Source: Solirubrobacterales bacterium (lineage in GTDB: Bacteria > Actinomycetota > Thermoleophilia > Solirubrobacterales > 70-9). From it: 54,733 bases of DNA. The stretch covers positions 1 through 54,733 of the forward strand of contig JBBSQE010000001.1 of the NCBI GenBank assembly GCA_038258095.1, written 5' to 3'. Positions 24,199 through 33,789 of this stretch are shown piece after piece. A program made the position numbers and the translations under genes. The notes below the pieces were generated by a model. That model did no database searches. It was given only the letters and a program-made list of their open reading frames with translations, and was not told the origin of the DNA. Within the stretch, counting starts at the first letter, position 1. Every line of letters begins with the position of its first letter.

Positions 24199-26094
24199 AT
24201 GTGCGGGATAGCTGGTCAGGTCCGGGGCGATGGTCGACCCGTGGCCAGAGAGACGATCGAGAAGATGTGCTCCGCGATGCGGCATAGGGGCCCGGACTCG
24301 CGAGGGCTCCATCTCGACGGCCCGGCTTCGATCGCCATCCAGCGGCTGCGTGTGATCGACCTCGCGACCGGGGATCAGCCGATCTACAACGAGGACCGGA
24401 GCATCGCGGTCGTCCTCAATGGTGAGATCTACAACTTCCGGGAACTGCGCGAGAGGCTCACGCGGGCCGGGCACAAATTCCGCACCGAGGGCGATACCGA
24501 GGTGATCGTGCACCTATACGAGGATCTGGGTGACGCGTGCGTCAAGGAGCTGCACGGGATGTTCGCGTTCGCGCTCTGGGAGTCCAAGCGCGGGCGCCTG
24601 CTGCTTGCCAGGGACCGCGTCGGCAAGAAGCCTCTGCTCTACTCACAGCGGGGCGGCTGCCTCAGCTTCGCGTCGGAGATGAGTGCCCTGACCGCCGATC
24701 CCGAGGTGCCCCGTGATGTTGATCTGAATGCCGTCGACGCCTACCTGGGGGCAGGGTACGTCCCTCACCCGGATTCCATCTTTCGGGGAGTTCGCAAGCT
24801 CCCCCCCGGTTCCGTGCTGAGCTGGGAGGACGACAGAACGGAGGTCAACCGATACTGGCGGCTGAATTACGGAACGAAGCCGACGATCGGCTCTGCGCCC
24901 GAGGTTCACGAGGAGATACGGGAGCAGCTCACCCGAGCGGTCGAGCGCCGGATGATCGCGGATGTTCCCCTCGGCGCATTCCTGTCCGGAGGGATCGACT
25001 CCGGCGCGGTCGTGGCGGCAATGGCCCGCACGAGCGCGGCACCCGTGAAAACGTTCTCGATCGGCTTCGAGAACGCCGAGCACAGTGAGTTGCCGCGCGC
25101 CCGGCTGATCGCTGAGCGCTATGGAACCGACCACCACGAGTTCATCCTCAAACCGGACGCTTTACTGGTGTTGCCGTCGGTGGTGCGCCACTACGGTGAG
25201 CCCTTCGCCGACACCTCGGCGGTACCGAGCTTCTACGTGTCGAAGATCGCCGCCGAGCACGTGACCGTGGCGCTGAACGGGGACGGAGGAGATGAGAGCT
25301 TCGCCGGCTATCACCGATACCGGGCGCAGGCTCGAGCATCACGACTCGACTTCGTGCCGCGGCCCCTGCGGCGCCTTGCGGGAAGGGCGCTCCCCACGGC
25401 CGGAGGCGCGACGTCGATGCAACGTGCTCGGAGATTCGCCCAGCTCGTCGCCGCTAGCCCGGATAGGCGTCACGAGCAGCTGATGTCCGCGATTTCCTTC
25501 GAAACCAGAGCGGCTCTCTACTCCAACGATTTCCAGGCGGCCACAGGCCTACCTCGGCATGCGGAGGCGATCGAAGGCTCCTGGCGCGCGGCCACCGGGC
25601 CAGACCTCACGGGCCGGCTTCTGGAGGTCGACTTCAATACCTATCTCCCGGACGACCTGTGCGCGAAGATCGACATCGCCACGATGGCCCACTCGCTCGA
25701 GGCACGCTCCCCGTTCCTGGATCACGAGCTGCTGGAGTTCGCGGCGTCCCTGCCCTCGGAGATGAAGATGCACGGAGGGGAATCGAAGGTGGCCCTTCGA
25801 ATGGCGCTCCGGGACTGGCTTCCATCGGAGGTCCTGGACGGCCCCAAGCGGGGCTTTGGCATGCCGTCCGCGTCGGATTGGCTCCGAGGCGAACTGCGGC
25901 AACCCGTGACCGAGATCCTTCTCGATCCTGTGTCGCTCGGCCGTGGATACTTTTCGGAGGCCGCGCTCAGCGGTCTGCTGGCAGACCACGTGAGCAGGCG
26001 CCACGACCGCGGGCAGGAGCTCTGGACGTTGACCATGCTGGAGCTGTGGCACCGCGAGTTCGTGGACGGCGTCGCAGCCCCCGCATCGCTCTAG
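24199..26094 (+). CDS. asnB: Asparagine synthase (glutamine-hydrolysing)-family amidotransferase
   Basis: ORF trimmed to the ATG at 24199. N-terminal nucleophile MCGIAG and PP-loop FLSGGIDSGAV. 631 aa. Confidence 0.88.
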   Translation: MCGIAGQVRGDGRPVARETIEKMCSAMRHRGPDSRGLHLDGPASIAIQRLRVIDLATGDQPIYNEDRSIAVVLNGEIYNFRELRERLTRAGHKFRTEGDTEVIVHLYEDLGDACVKELHGMFAFALWESKRGRLLLARDRVGKKPLLYSQRGGCLSFASEMSALTADPEVPRDVDLNAVDAYLGAGYVPHPDSIFRGVRKLPPGSVLSWEDDRTEVNRYWRLNYGTKPTIGSAPEVHEEIREQLTRAVERRMIADVPLGAFLSGGIDSGAVVAAMARTSAAPVKTFSIGFENAEHSELPRARLIAERYGTDHHEFILKPDALLVLPSVVRHYGEPFADTSAVPSFYVSKIAAEHVTVALNGDGGDESFAGYHRYRAQARASRLDFVPRPLRRLAGRALPTAGGATSMQRARRFAQLVAASPDRRHEQLMSAISFETRAALYSNDFQAATGLPRHAEAIEGSWRAATGPDLTGRLLEVDFNTYLPDDLCAKIDIATMAHSLEARSPFLDHELLEFAASLPSEMKMHGGESKVALRMALRDWLPSEVLDGPKRGFGMPSASDWLRGELRQPVTEILLDPVSLGRGYFSEAALSGLLADHVSRRHDRGQELWTLTMLELWHREFVDGVAAPASL

Positions 26095-26096
26095 CT

Positions 26097-27446
26097 CTAG
26101 CGGGAGAGTCGGACCGAGACGGAGCGGGACTTGCCGATGCCCGGGGCGACGGCGCGGATCCTGACTCTGGAGGCACTCGAGGAAACGCGGAGCCGCGTAC
26201 GAAGCTTGAAGCCACCGCCTCGGCGGACGTGGGTGCTCCTCAGCCTGTGCCAGGACCCGTGCGCCAGCACCAGGAACTTGACCCGGCGGGGAGTCCTGCC
26301 GTTGCGCTTGTTGCGCCTGACCTTCCCGAAGAGAACCACCGGGGGGTTGTTCGTGACAGCGGCCTGTGCCTTCTGAAGGGTGATCGGCGTGGGGCTGGCA
26401 GCTTGGTCGGACAGGTCGCCGTTGAGAGCGCGCGCGCAGGGCCCGCCGGTGACCGTCAGGTCTCCCGCGGCTCGGTTCTTGAACTGAGGGGCAGCGATGA
26501 AGTTGCCATCCGTAGTGAAACCCTCGGCTCCCTCGCTGCGTGGGAGGACTCCCCCATCCTGGTCGTAGTAGCCACTGCTGGTGCCGTTGGAGCTGAAGAT
26601 GCAGTTCTCCCGAAAGATGTTCGAAGAGCCTACGACCGAGTTCGGCCAGCTCGCCTCGATGTTCCACCGGAGCTTCGAGTTGCTGATCACGTTGCCCCTG
26701 ATCACGTTTCCGGATGCGGCGGTGTTGCCGTCGCCGCCGATGGCAACGCCCTCGCCGTTGCCGTCGATGACGTTGCCGGTGACCACTGAGCCCCGAGCAT
26801 CGGGGTAGAGCTGGATTCCCCGGTCCGTGTTGTCGTAGATGAAGTTGTTCCGGATGATCGTGCCGTCGGCCTGCCCAACATAGATGCCGTGCTCCATGTT
26901 GTTCGAGGGCAGCTCGCCGCAGTCGTGAATCCGGCTGTCCTGGATGATCGTGTGGATGGCACGTCCGTAGTCGGCGTCACCGATCTTGAAGCAGATGTCG
27001 GTGTGGTAATTGGTCACGTCGAGGCCGGTGAAGACGACGTTGGCCGCGTTGGTGGTCGGGCTCGGAAGGTGGCGGGCGTTGCGGCCGTCGAGCATCAGGT
27101 CGGACATCGTGACCCCGTTGCCGGCCACCCAGATCCGCCCCTTGATCGTGGCCGTTTCCCCCGGGTAGCTCGTCACCGTCACCCCGGGAGTCGAGATCTT
27201 CAGCTCGGGCTGGCTGTAGGTCCCCGCGCGGAAGCAGCCCGTCTGACCACTGGGGAGGCGTTCGAGGAGAGCGTCGGCGGTGCGGAGCGGGGCCTCGGCG
27301 GAACCCTGCGCGCTGTCATTTCCACCCGGGGCGGCCACCACGTCGCAGATTGTCGAGGCACTTGCTCCGGCAGTCCCCAAGAGTGAAACGAGACCGACCG
27401 CGAGTGCGGTGACGATGCCTACGGTGATGGTGGAGTTCGTCTTCAT
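26097..27446 (-). CDS. Secreted right-handed parallel beta-helix protein (lyase/hydrolase/epimerase-like)
   Basis: Signal peptide MKTNSTITVGIVTALAVGLVSLLGTAGASA. Repeated N-x-I/V-x-G/N turns (IIRNNFIYDN, VVTGNVIDGN, NVIRGNVISN). Basic beta-rich C-terminal ~90 aa. Confidence 0.7.
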   Translation of the reverse strand: MKTNSTITVGIVTALAVGLVSLLGTAGASASTICDVVAAPGGNDSAQGSAEAPLRTADALLERLPSGQTGCFRAGTYSQPELKISTPGVTVTSYPGETATIKGRIWVAGNGVTMSDLMLDGRNARHLPSPTTNAANVVFTGLDVTNYHTDICFKIGDADYGRAIHTIIQDSRIHDCGELPSNNMEHGIYVGQADGTIIRNNFIYDNTDRGIQLYPDARGSVVTGNVIDGNGEGVAIGGDGNTAASGNVIRGNVISNSKLRWNIEASWPNSVVGSSNIFRENCIFSSNGTSSGYYDQDGGVLPRSEGAEGFTTDGNFIAAPQFKNRAAGDLTVTGGPCARALNGDLSDQAASPTPITLQKAQAAVTNNPPVVLFGKVRRNKRNGRTPRRVKFLVLAHGSWHRLRSTHVRRGGGFKLRTRLRVSSSASRVRIRAVAPGIGKSRSVSVRLSR

Positions 27447-27534
27447 CTACGAACCACGGATCGACCGCGAGAAGCACGTCCCCGCAAACTTTGTCCCAAC
27501 CTGGACTTATGTTGGGGCCCCGCCCCTGGTCACC

Positions 27535-28671
27535 TCAGGATCGGTTCTCAAGAGCCCGGACGGCGTCGGCCCAGTGATCGCCGACAGCGTCCGGGCCGTG
27601 CTCCTCCAGGACGTAACGACGGCCGTTGTGGCCCATCTGGCGTCGCGCGGAGGGGTCGCCCCAGATCTGCCGGGCTCCGCGCACGAAGTCGTCGAAATCG
27701 CCGTTCGCCGCCACGCCACATCTGCGGGCACCCACGACACCATCGGGGTCGAACCCGAACGTGACCACAGGCCTACCCCGCATCCATGCTTCGAGAAAGA
27801 CGTTCGGCATGCCCTCGAACTCCGACGTCAGGACGACGGCGGCCGACCGATCGATCAGGTCCATCAGTTCGCCCCGAGGCCTCGGCTGAAGCAACTCGAC
27901 GTTCTCCAACTCCCCCGCCTCGGTGTCCACCGCGGCGCTGAGCGCCGGCGGCGTTTCGCTCGTCTCCACTCCGATCATCCAGAACTTCGCCTCGGGCATC
28001 TGTCGGGCGAGCTCGAGGAACTTCAGGGGTCGCTTGTAGTCCACGAGCCGGCCGACCCAGAGAAATGCCTCACCGTCTCGCTCGGAGACCTCGGCCGGCT
28101 CGGCGAAGCTTCGTATGACCGAGACATCGCGCCCGGGAAAGTTCGCGAGCGCCACGCGGCGCTGCTGGTCCGTCTGGGTCACGATCAGGTTGGCGCTTCC
28201 GATCGCCCTCCCGTAGGCGAGGGCACCCAGGCGACTCGCGTTTCTTCGTGCGGGCATGAAGTCGATGTCGTTGGAGCCAGACATCAGAACCGCCCGCTTG
28301 CGCAGACGGGCGAAGATCGCACCGACGATCAGTTGCAACCCGTAGCCGCGCAATATGTACACATCCGCGTCGGCCTCAGCCATGGCGCGCCAGATCTCGC
28401 GTCCTTCCCGAAGCTTCGACAGGGACCCCCCGTGTCCGGCGTAGGCGCCGCGTTGCACGATGTCAAGTCCGTCGAACGTCTCGACCGGGTCGGAGACCGG
28501 GTAGGAGATATGAGCGACGCTCAGGCCCCGTCCGGCCAACCCGGCCGCCAGTTGGGTCGTCTGGAACTCTGCGCCCCCACCTCCCTTGTCGGGTGTGACG
28601 CGAGCGTTGTCGTAGAAAGCGTTGGCCGACGGCGCATAGATCGCCGCGTCGCGCTCAGTCTGGGTGCGCAT
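27535..28671 (-). CDS. Glycosyltransferase family 4
   Basis: ORF trimmed to the ATG at 28669-28671 (MRTQTERD...). GT-B layout with EX7E motif (EGMPNVFLE). Overlaps the upstream stop by 17 nt. Confidence 0.8.
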   Translation of the reverse strand: MRTQTERDAAIYAPSANAFYDNARVTPDKGGGGAEFQTTQLAAGLAGRGLSVAHISYPVSDPVETFDGLDIVQRGAYAGHGGSLSKLREGREIWRAMAEADADVYILRGYGLQLIVGAIFARLRKRAVLMSGSNDIDFMPARRNASRLGALAYGRAIGSANLIVTQTDQQRRVALANFPGRDVSVIRSFAEPAEVSERDGEAFLWVGRLVDYKRPLKFLELARQMPEAKFWMIGVETSETPPALSAAVDTEAGELENVELLQPRPRGELMDLIDRSAAVVLTSEFEGMPNVFLEAWMRGRPVVTFGFDPDGVVGARRCGVAANGDFDDFVRGARQIWGDPSARRQMGHNGRRYVLEEHGPDAVGDHWADAVRALENRS

Positions 28672-29605
28672 CGAGCTGACGGCGTATGCCCTCGGTGAGA
28701 CTGACGGCAGGCGAGTACCCGAGGTCAGCGCGCGCCCGACTCGTATCGGCGCCCGTCTTCCTCGCGTCGCCGGGCACGGCATCCCTGTGCTCGCGCCGGA
28801 TCTCTCGCCCGATCAGGTCCTCGAGGATCTCCAGAACGTCGAGCACCGTTGCCTCCGTCCCTCCTGCAACGTTGTAGACGGCGCCCGGATGCCCGCGCTC
28901 TGCGGCGGCGAGCGTGGCGGCCACGCAGTCCGACACATAGGTGAAGTCCCGGACCTGCTCGCCATCCCCGTAAACCGAGATCGATTTGTCCTCCGCGGAG
29001 GCCTCGATGAATCGGCAGAACGCCATGTCGGGACGTTGCCGAGGACCGAAGATCGTGAAGTACCGCAGGGCGACGGTGGGTACCTCGAAGGCCGCTTGGT
29101 AGAGCATGGCGAGATGCTCGGCCGCGAGCTTCGTGACGCCGTAGGGCGACACCGGCCGCGGCAGGTCGCGTTCCCCCGTGGGGTAGCTCTCGGCATTGCC
29201 ATAGACGGATGACGATGACGCGATGACGAACTTCCGAAGGGACGCACCCTTGGCGGCTTCGAGCAGCCGCTGAGTGGCTTGGACGTTCTCTCGGGTGTAG
29301 ACGTCGAACTGCTCGCCCCAGCTGGCTCGGACGCCGGGCTGTCCCGCGAGGTGGAACACGACCTCGACGTCCCCCATGAGTGACCCGAGGTCTGCTTCCA
29401 CGAGGTTCTCTTCGATCAGCTCGAAAGACCCGTTGCTCACCAGCAGGTCCGCGTTGCGCCGCTTGCGGCTGACGTCGTAGTAGTCCGTGAAGCAGTCGAT
29501 GCCGACGACCTCGTGTCCGCCGGCCAACAGCTCTTCGCTCAGGTGGGATCCGATGAACCCGGCTGCCCCGGTGACCATCACTCGCATGTGGCGCACTCCT
29601 GTCAT
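28655..29605 (-). CDS. NAD-dependent epimerase/dehydratase (extended SDR; UDP-sugar 4-epimerase or UXS-like)
   Basis: VTGAAGFIGSHL Rossmann motif and catalytic YGVTK. The start at 29605 forms an ATGA overlap with the upstream stop. Alternative ATG at 29587 (MRVMVTG). Confidence 0.82.
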   Translation of the reverse strand: MTGVRHMRVMVTGAAGFIGSHLSEELLAGGHEVVGIDCFTDYYDVSRKRRNADLLVSNGSFELIEENLVEADLGSLMGDVEVVFHLAGQPGVRASWGEQFDVYTRENVQATQRLLEAAKGASLRKFVIASSSSVYGNAESYPTGERDLPRPVSPYGVTKLAAEHLAMLYQAAFEVPTVALRYFTIFGPRQRPDMAFCRFIEASAEDKSISVYGDGEQVRDFTYVSDCVAATLAAAERGHPGAVYNVAGGTEATVLDVLEILEDLIGREIRREHRDAVPGDARKTGADTSRARADLGYSPAVSLTEGIRRQLDAHPD

Positions 29606-30738
29606 GGGCGGATTCCTTCCGGGAGGACTCGTCGCATCGTTTGCTCGTAATCGTCGAACAGCCTCTGGGTGGAGACGTCGAGGTCGAGGTTGGCACCGAT
29701 CCAGGCTCGGGCCTCTGCGCATTGCGCGCGCACCAGCGCGGGGTCACGCTCGACCATCTCGCGTAGGGCTGCGGCCAGCCCCGGGCCGGTGCGAGGCGCG
29801 ATCACGCACGCGTCGAGCTCGTCCGCGAGGTAACGGTGGCCGGGCAGGTCGCTGGCCACCACCGGCATGCCGCTCACGAGCGCCTCGATCACAGCGAAGG
29901 GCATTCCCTCGCCACGGCTCGGTGCGACGAACAGGTCCGCGGCGCCGAACATCTCACGGACATCGGGGATGGGGCCGACGACCGCGGCGTTTCGTTCCAG
30001 TCCGAGGCGCGCCACGTTCTCCCGTCCTTCGTCCCCCGCCTGATTGAGCAGCGCGAAGAAATTCATGCCGTCGCCCACTAGTTCGTCCATTGCTTCGAGG
30101 AGGATGTCTCCCCCCTTCAACAACCAGTCCCTGCCGAACATCAGAACGGCGCGGGACCCCTCGGGAACGCCGAGCGCCGCCCTACGGGCTGCCCGGTCTT
30201 CCTCCCGGGGCTCCGGAAAGAGGTCCAGGCTGATCGGGCTTGGGAACACCGAGATCCGCTCCGAGCGACCGAAGCGCTTCACGAGGCCGTCCGCGATGTT
30301 CGAGGACGGGCAGAGGATCCGGTCGACGCTGCGCGCCACCAGAGACATCTTGATGGCGTTCGAGGCGATCGTGATCGGGGAGTCCGAAAGAACGGTGTGG
30401 ATGTGCCAATACAGGACCGCGTGTTCTTTCCGGCGCACCGCAAGTGCGGTCGGCGTGTCGAAGGTCGTGAAATGGGCATGAAGGATCGTCGGCTCCTGGT
30501 CATCCGCCAGCATCGCCCGGACCTGGCGCGTCAGGCTGATCGGAGATCCCGAGACGAAGCTCACGGGAATTCCCTCGTCCTCGAACATGCTCATCCAGGT
30601 CCTGCCACGCGCCGCCTCGGGGAACACAGCCTCGGCCTTCCAACCCCGCGAGATGGCCTCGCTCAGGACACTTCTCAGAAAAGGCAGATAGGACCCGCCG
30701 TGTTCAGGGGTGTACTCGGTCAGGTGAATGAGCCTCAT
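29602..30738 (-). CDS. Glycosyltransferase family 4
   Basis: 378 aa with EX7E motif (EGMPFAVIE). ATGA overlap with the upstream gene. Confidence 0.8.
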   Translation of the reverse strand: MRLIHLTEYTPEHGGSYLPFLRSVLSEAISRGWKAEAVFPEAARGRTWMSMFEDEGIPVSFVSGSPISLTRQVRAMLADDQEPTILHAHFTTFDTPTALAVRRKEHAVLYWHIHTVLSDSPITIASNAIKMSLVARSVDRILCPSSNIADGLVKRFGRSERISVFPSPISLDLFPEPREEDRAARRAALGVPEGSRAVLMFGRDWLLKGGDILLEAMDELVGDGMNFFALLNQAGDEGRENVARLGLERNAAVVGPIPDVREMFGAADLFVAPSRGEGMPFAVIEALVSGMPVVASDLPGHRYLADELDACVIAPRTGPGLAAALREMVERDPALVRAQCAEARAWIGANLDLDVSTQRLFDDYEQTMRRVLPEGIRP

Positions 30739-31940
30739 GCGTTCACTCTCTCGAACATGGCCACCAGCCGGTCGGCGGAACGGGCGATGTCGAATTCGGC
30801 CTCGATGAGTTCGCGTCCCTTCACCAGGTCGATCTCATCGGCTGCATCGAGAGCTCGCTGAAGGGCTGTTTGAAGGCTCCCAGCATCGCCCGGTGTCGCC
30901 AGCAGACCGGTCTCGCCGTCGACAATGAGCTCGGGGATCCCGGACATACGTGAGGCGATTGTGACCAATCCGCATGCCATTGCCTCCATCAGAGCAACCG
31001 GAATGCCCTCCATGTCGCCGTTGGGAAGAACGACGCTGGGTAGCACGAACAGGTCAGACGCAGCCAATGCATCGGCCACGACCGGCTCGGTCAGAGCTCC
31101 CAGAAACGTGATCCGGTCGTCCAGCCCGAGACTGGCTGCCTCGCGCTCCAGCTCTTCTCGCAGGGGTCCGTCCCCCGCCAAGCTGACCTCGATACGACCG
31201 ATGGCCCCCGCCCCCTCCGCCAAGGCGGCAAGAAGGACCTCGTGCCCCTTCGACTCCCGGAGGGCCCCGACGCAGAGCGCACGCACCGGCCCGCTCGAAG
31301 CCGGGCGGCGCGGAGCGAACGGGTAGCGCGCCGGCTCGACGCCGCAATGCACGACCTCTATCGGCGTCTCGGATGCCCGGCACTTCTCCTGGATGAAGCG
31401 GCGGTTGTGCTCAGAGATGGCCACCACGAAGCTCGCATCATCCACCTTCTCCTCCAGCATCCACTGATGGATGAAGATGTCATGGGCGTGTGCGGTGAAG
31501 CTGTAGCTGACACCGGCGAGGCGGCCACAGATCCACGCGCAGAGAGCTGGATACGTCGCGAAATGGGCATGAACATGGTCTATCCCGAGCTCGGAGACGG
31601 TTCTCGCGTGCCGGGCGGCCAGAGGGACGACCGCCAGGGAACGGATCGCGACGGACGGGCGGCGGGCGTTGCTCGTGAGAATGGTCAGCAGGATGCCGAT
31701 CAGGGCGGTCGGACGGTGCACGACCCACCACCGCAGGGCGCTGATGGAATCGACTCCGCCGGGCCGTCGCAGACGGTCGATCCACGGGGCAGCTTCGGGG
31801 TGCACCGTGGAGTCGGTGGCGCGAAAGAGCGAGAGGAGCTCGACCGGCTCCGGCATCAAGTCGGCGACCGCGTTCAGCTCGCGAAGCACGAAGGTCTCGG
31901 ACGCCGCCGGGAATCGCGAGACGCAGTAGGCAACCTTCAT
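30735..31940 (-). CDS. Glycosyltransferase family 4
   Basis: ORF 30735..33074 trimmed to the ATG at 31938-31940 (MKVAYCVSRFP...), which forms an ATGA overlap with the upstream stop. EX7E motif EGIPVALME. Confidence 0.8.
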   Translation of the reverse strand: MKVAYCVSRFPAASETFVLRELNAVADLMPEPVELLSLFRATDSTVHPEAAPWIDRLRRPGGVDSISALRWWVVHRPTALIGILLTILTSNARRPSVAIRSLAVVPLAARHARTVSELGIDHVHAHFATYPALCAWICGRLAGVSYSFTAHAHDIFIHQWMLEEKVDDASFVVAISEHNRRFIQEKCRASETPIEVVHCGVEPARYPFAPRRPASSGPVRALCVGALRESKGHEVLLAALAEGAGAIGRIEVSLAGDGPLREELEREAASLGLDDRITFLGALTEPVVADALAASDLFVLPSVVLPNGDMEGIPVALMEAMACGLVTIASRMSGIPELIVDGETGLLATPGDAGSLQTALQRALDAADEIDLVKGRELIEAEFDIARSADRLVAMFERVNA

Positions 31941-33781
31941 CTCAGTTGTCCCTGGCCCGAGATCAGACGGGCGATCTCCACCCGGGCGCCTTCGAACGAG
32001 CGTTGGCTGGCGTCCGCTTTGAAGAGCGCCGTGTCGGGCGGCCCGAAGACGGTCCGGGCCACCCGGTCTGCCACAGGTCGTCCGCGCAGAGCAGCGAGGC
32101 GTTGGAGATACTCGTAGTCCTCCTGCCCGTCCCGGATCCGCTTCAGGCGGATCGACTCGATCGGAATCGCCTTGGTGCCCCCGATAGCGGGGATGCCCGG
32201 GCCACCCCGAGGTAGACCGGGATAGAAGAGGGTGCCGCTTCCGTTGCCCCCGAAGTCGTACTGGTCCGTCCATGCCGTGGGCAGGCTTGCGGTCGTCTGG
32301 TAATAGAGCTCTCCGGTGGCTCCGTACTCGAACGCGAGGATTCCGAGGGCGCGAGCCTGCGAGCCGGATTGATCGATGGCGTACCCCGGCCATCTGGTCG
32401 TGCCGCCCGGCGACTCGTTGGCATCGCCATCCGTACAGCCGTAGCTGCGGCAGGACGTGTAGAGCCACAAGCGCCGATGTTGAGCGTTGTTCCCCCCGGG
32501 GGTGCCGAGAAAGGCGTCGTAATCCGCCCGCAAGCTTCCCGCGTCGTCCATGTCCGGAGTGTTGACCATGTCGTTGACCAGAACCGAGAGGATGTCGATG
32601 TCCCTGAGGCTGGCGCCCGTGTCCCCATCCAAGCTTCCGCTCGTCAGGGCATCCTCGATCCTCGCAGTGACCAGGGTCGAGGCCGCGGGATCCCTGCGCT
32701 CGAGGCTCCGTGCCCGCGATGCCCGCACCCGGCAAGCACTCCAGAGCGACGCGTCGGTGCCGGGCTCGTCGCACAGATACAGGAAGAAGCGCCCGGCAAA
32801 GTGTCCGTTCCGCGCCAGCCTTTCCCATTTCGCCAGACAACCCCGATGGGCGGATCTCGGATACAGGCAGTTCCAGTAGACGCCGATGGACGTGAGTCGC
32901 GCCCCTTTCAGGAGAGTCGGGGCGGTGCCGTTCAACAACGGGAGGACATAGCGGTCGAAGAGCTTCCGGTTGGGGGCTGAAGTCGGCGCGGCATCGGAAG
33001 CGATGGCCGACGGGTCGAAGATCGAGATGCGGTCGTCGAGGGCCACCCGCGTGTAGAGCGACGCCAGGTGCCACGCCAGCTCGGCGTCACCCCCACAGTC
33101 TCTGCTACCTGACTGTGCTTTGCACACCTGCTTCCAGTCGAGGCCGAAGGCGCTCGTGAGGGTGCTCGTCGACGGCAGCCCGAAGTCGAAGACCCGTACC
33201 GAGACGGCGATACGCTGGAGCGGGCCCTGGCTGCTGCGCACCAGGAGGGAACCTCGATAAAGACCGGAGGGCTGGCCCTCTTCAACGCGGATGTCGACCC
33301 AGGCAGCGGTTCGCTCATCAGGACCCAAGCTGGTCGGAAACGAGCGGCGTGAATCACCATAGATCTGGTCGCGCACGGGCACCAGGGCATCTGCCCACGA
33401 TCCCTCAGACCCCTTCGCGGTAGAAGGCGGGTTGCCGTCCCCGCTGACTGAGTAGGCCATCTCCCGGTAGAGCGTCACGTCGTTGCCCGGAATCCGCGCA
33501 CCACCCGGGCCCATCAGCGGTCGGTCGGCCAGGACGTCGACTCCCGGGAGCGGACCGGTGCCCGAATCGATCAGCACCTGAAAGGACTCGACTTCGTTGC
33601 GCGCTGCATTGAGCCGTACCGTGCCCGGGCCTTCGTGAAGGACGGGTTGATCGAATCTGACCGCGACGGTCGATCCGATCACCGAGACGTGAGCCGGCCG
33701 CTTTACGTCGGCGCACCCCGGAAGGACCGCCACACCGGCCATGGACACGGCGAGCAAAGCGATTGCCCTCCGTCCAGGCAC
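31937..33781 (-). CDS. Lipoprotein with DUF4091/GH123-like domain (putative glycan hydrolase)
   Basis: C-terminal GNGSGTLFYPG...ESIRLKRIRDGQEDYEYL matches the DUF4091 pattern as I recall it. A GTG at 33779-33781 gives M-PGRRAIALLAVSMAGVAVLPGC, a lipoprotein signal with lipobox. The ORF-track ATG at 33874 would overlap the upstream gene by 85 nt. Confidence 0.6.
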   Translation of the reverse strand: MPGRRAIALLAVSMAGVAVLPGCADVKRPAHVSVIGSTVAVRFDQPVLHEGPGTVRLNAARNEVESFQVLIDSGTGPLPGVDVLADRPLMGPGGARIPGNDVTLYREMAYSVSGDGNPPSTAKGSEGSWADALVPVRDQIYGDSRRSFPTSLGPDERTAAWVDIRVEEGQPSGLYRGSLLVRSSQGPLQRIAVSVRVFDFGLPSTSTLTSAFGLDWKQVCKAQSGSRDCGGDAELAWHLASLYTRVALDDRISIFDPSAIASDAAPTSAPNRKLFDRYVLPLLNGTAPTLLKGARLTSIGVYWNCLYPRSAHRGCLAKWERLARNGHFAGRFFLYLCDEPGTDASLWSACRVRASRARSLERRDPAASTLVTARIEDALTSGSLDGDTGASLRDIDILSVLVNDMVNTPDMDDAGSLRADYDAFLGTPGGNNAQHRRLWLYTSCRSYGCTDGDANESPGGTTRWPGYAIDQSGSQARALGILAFEYGATGELYYQTTASLPTAWTDQYDFGGNGSGTLFYPGLPRGGPGIPAIGGTKAIPIESIRLKRIRDGQEDYEYLQRLAALRGRPVADRVARTVFGPPDTALFKADASQRSFEGARVEIARLISGQGQLR

Positions 33782-33789
33782 CGGGAATC

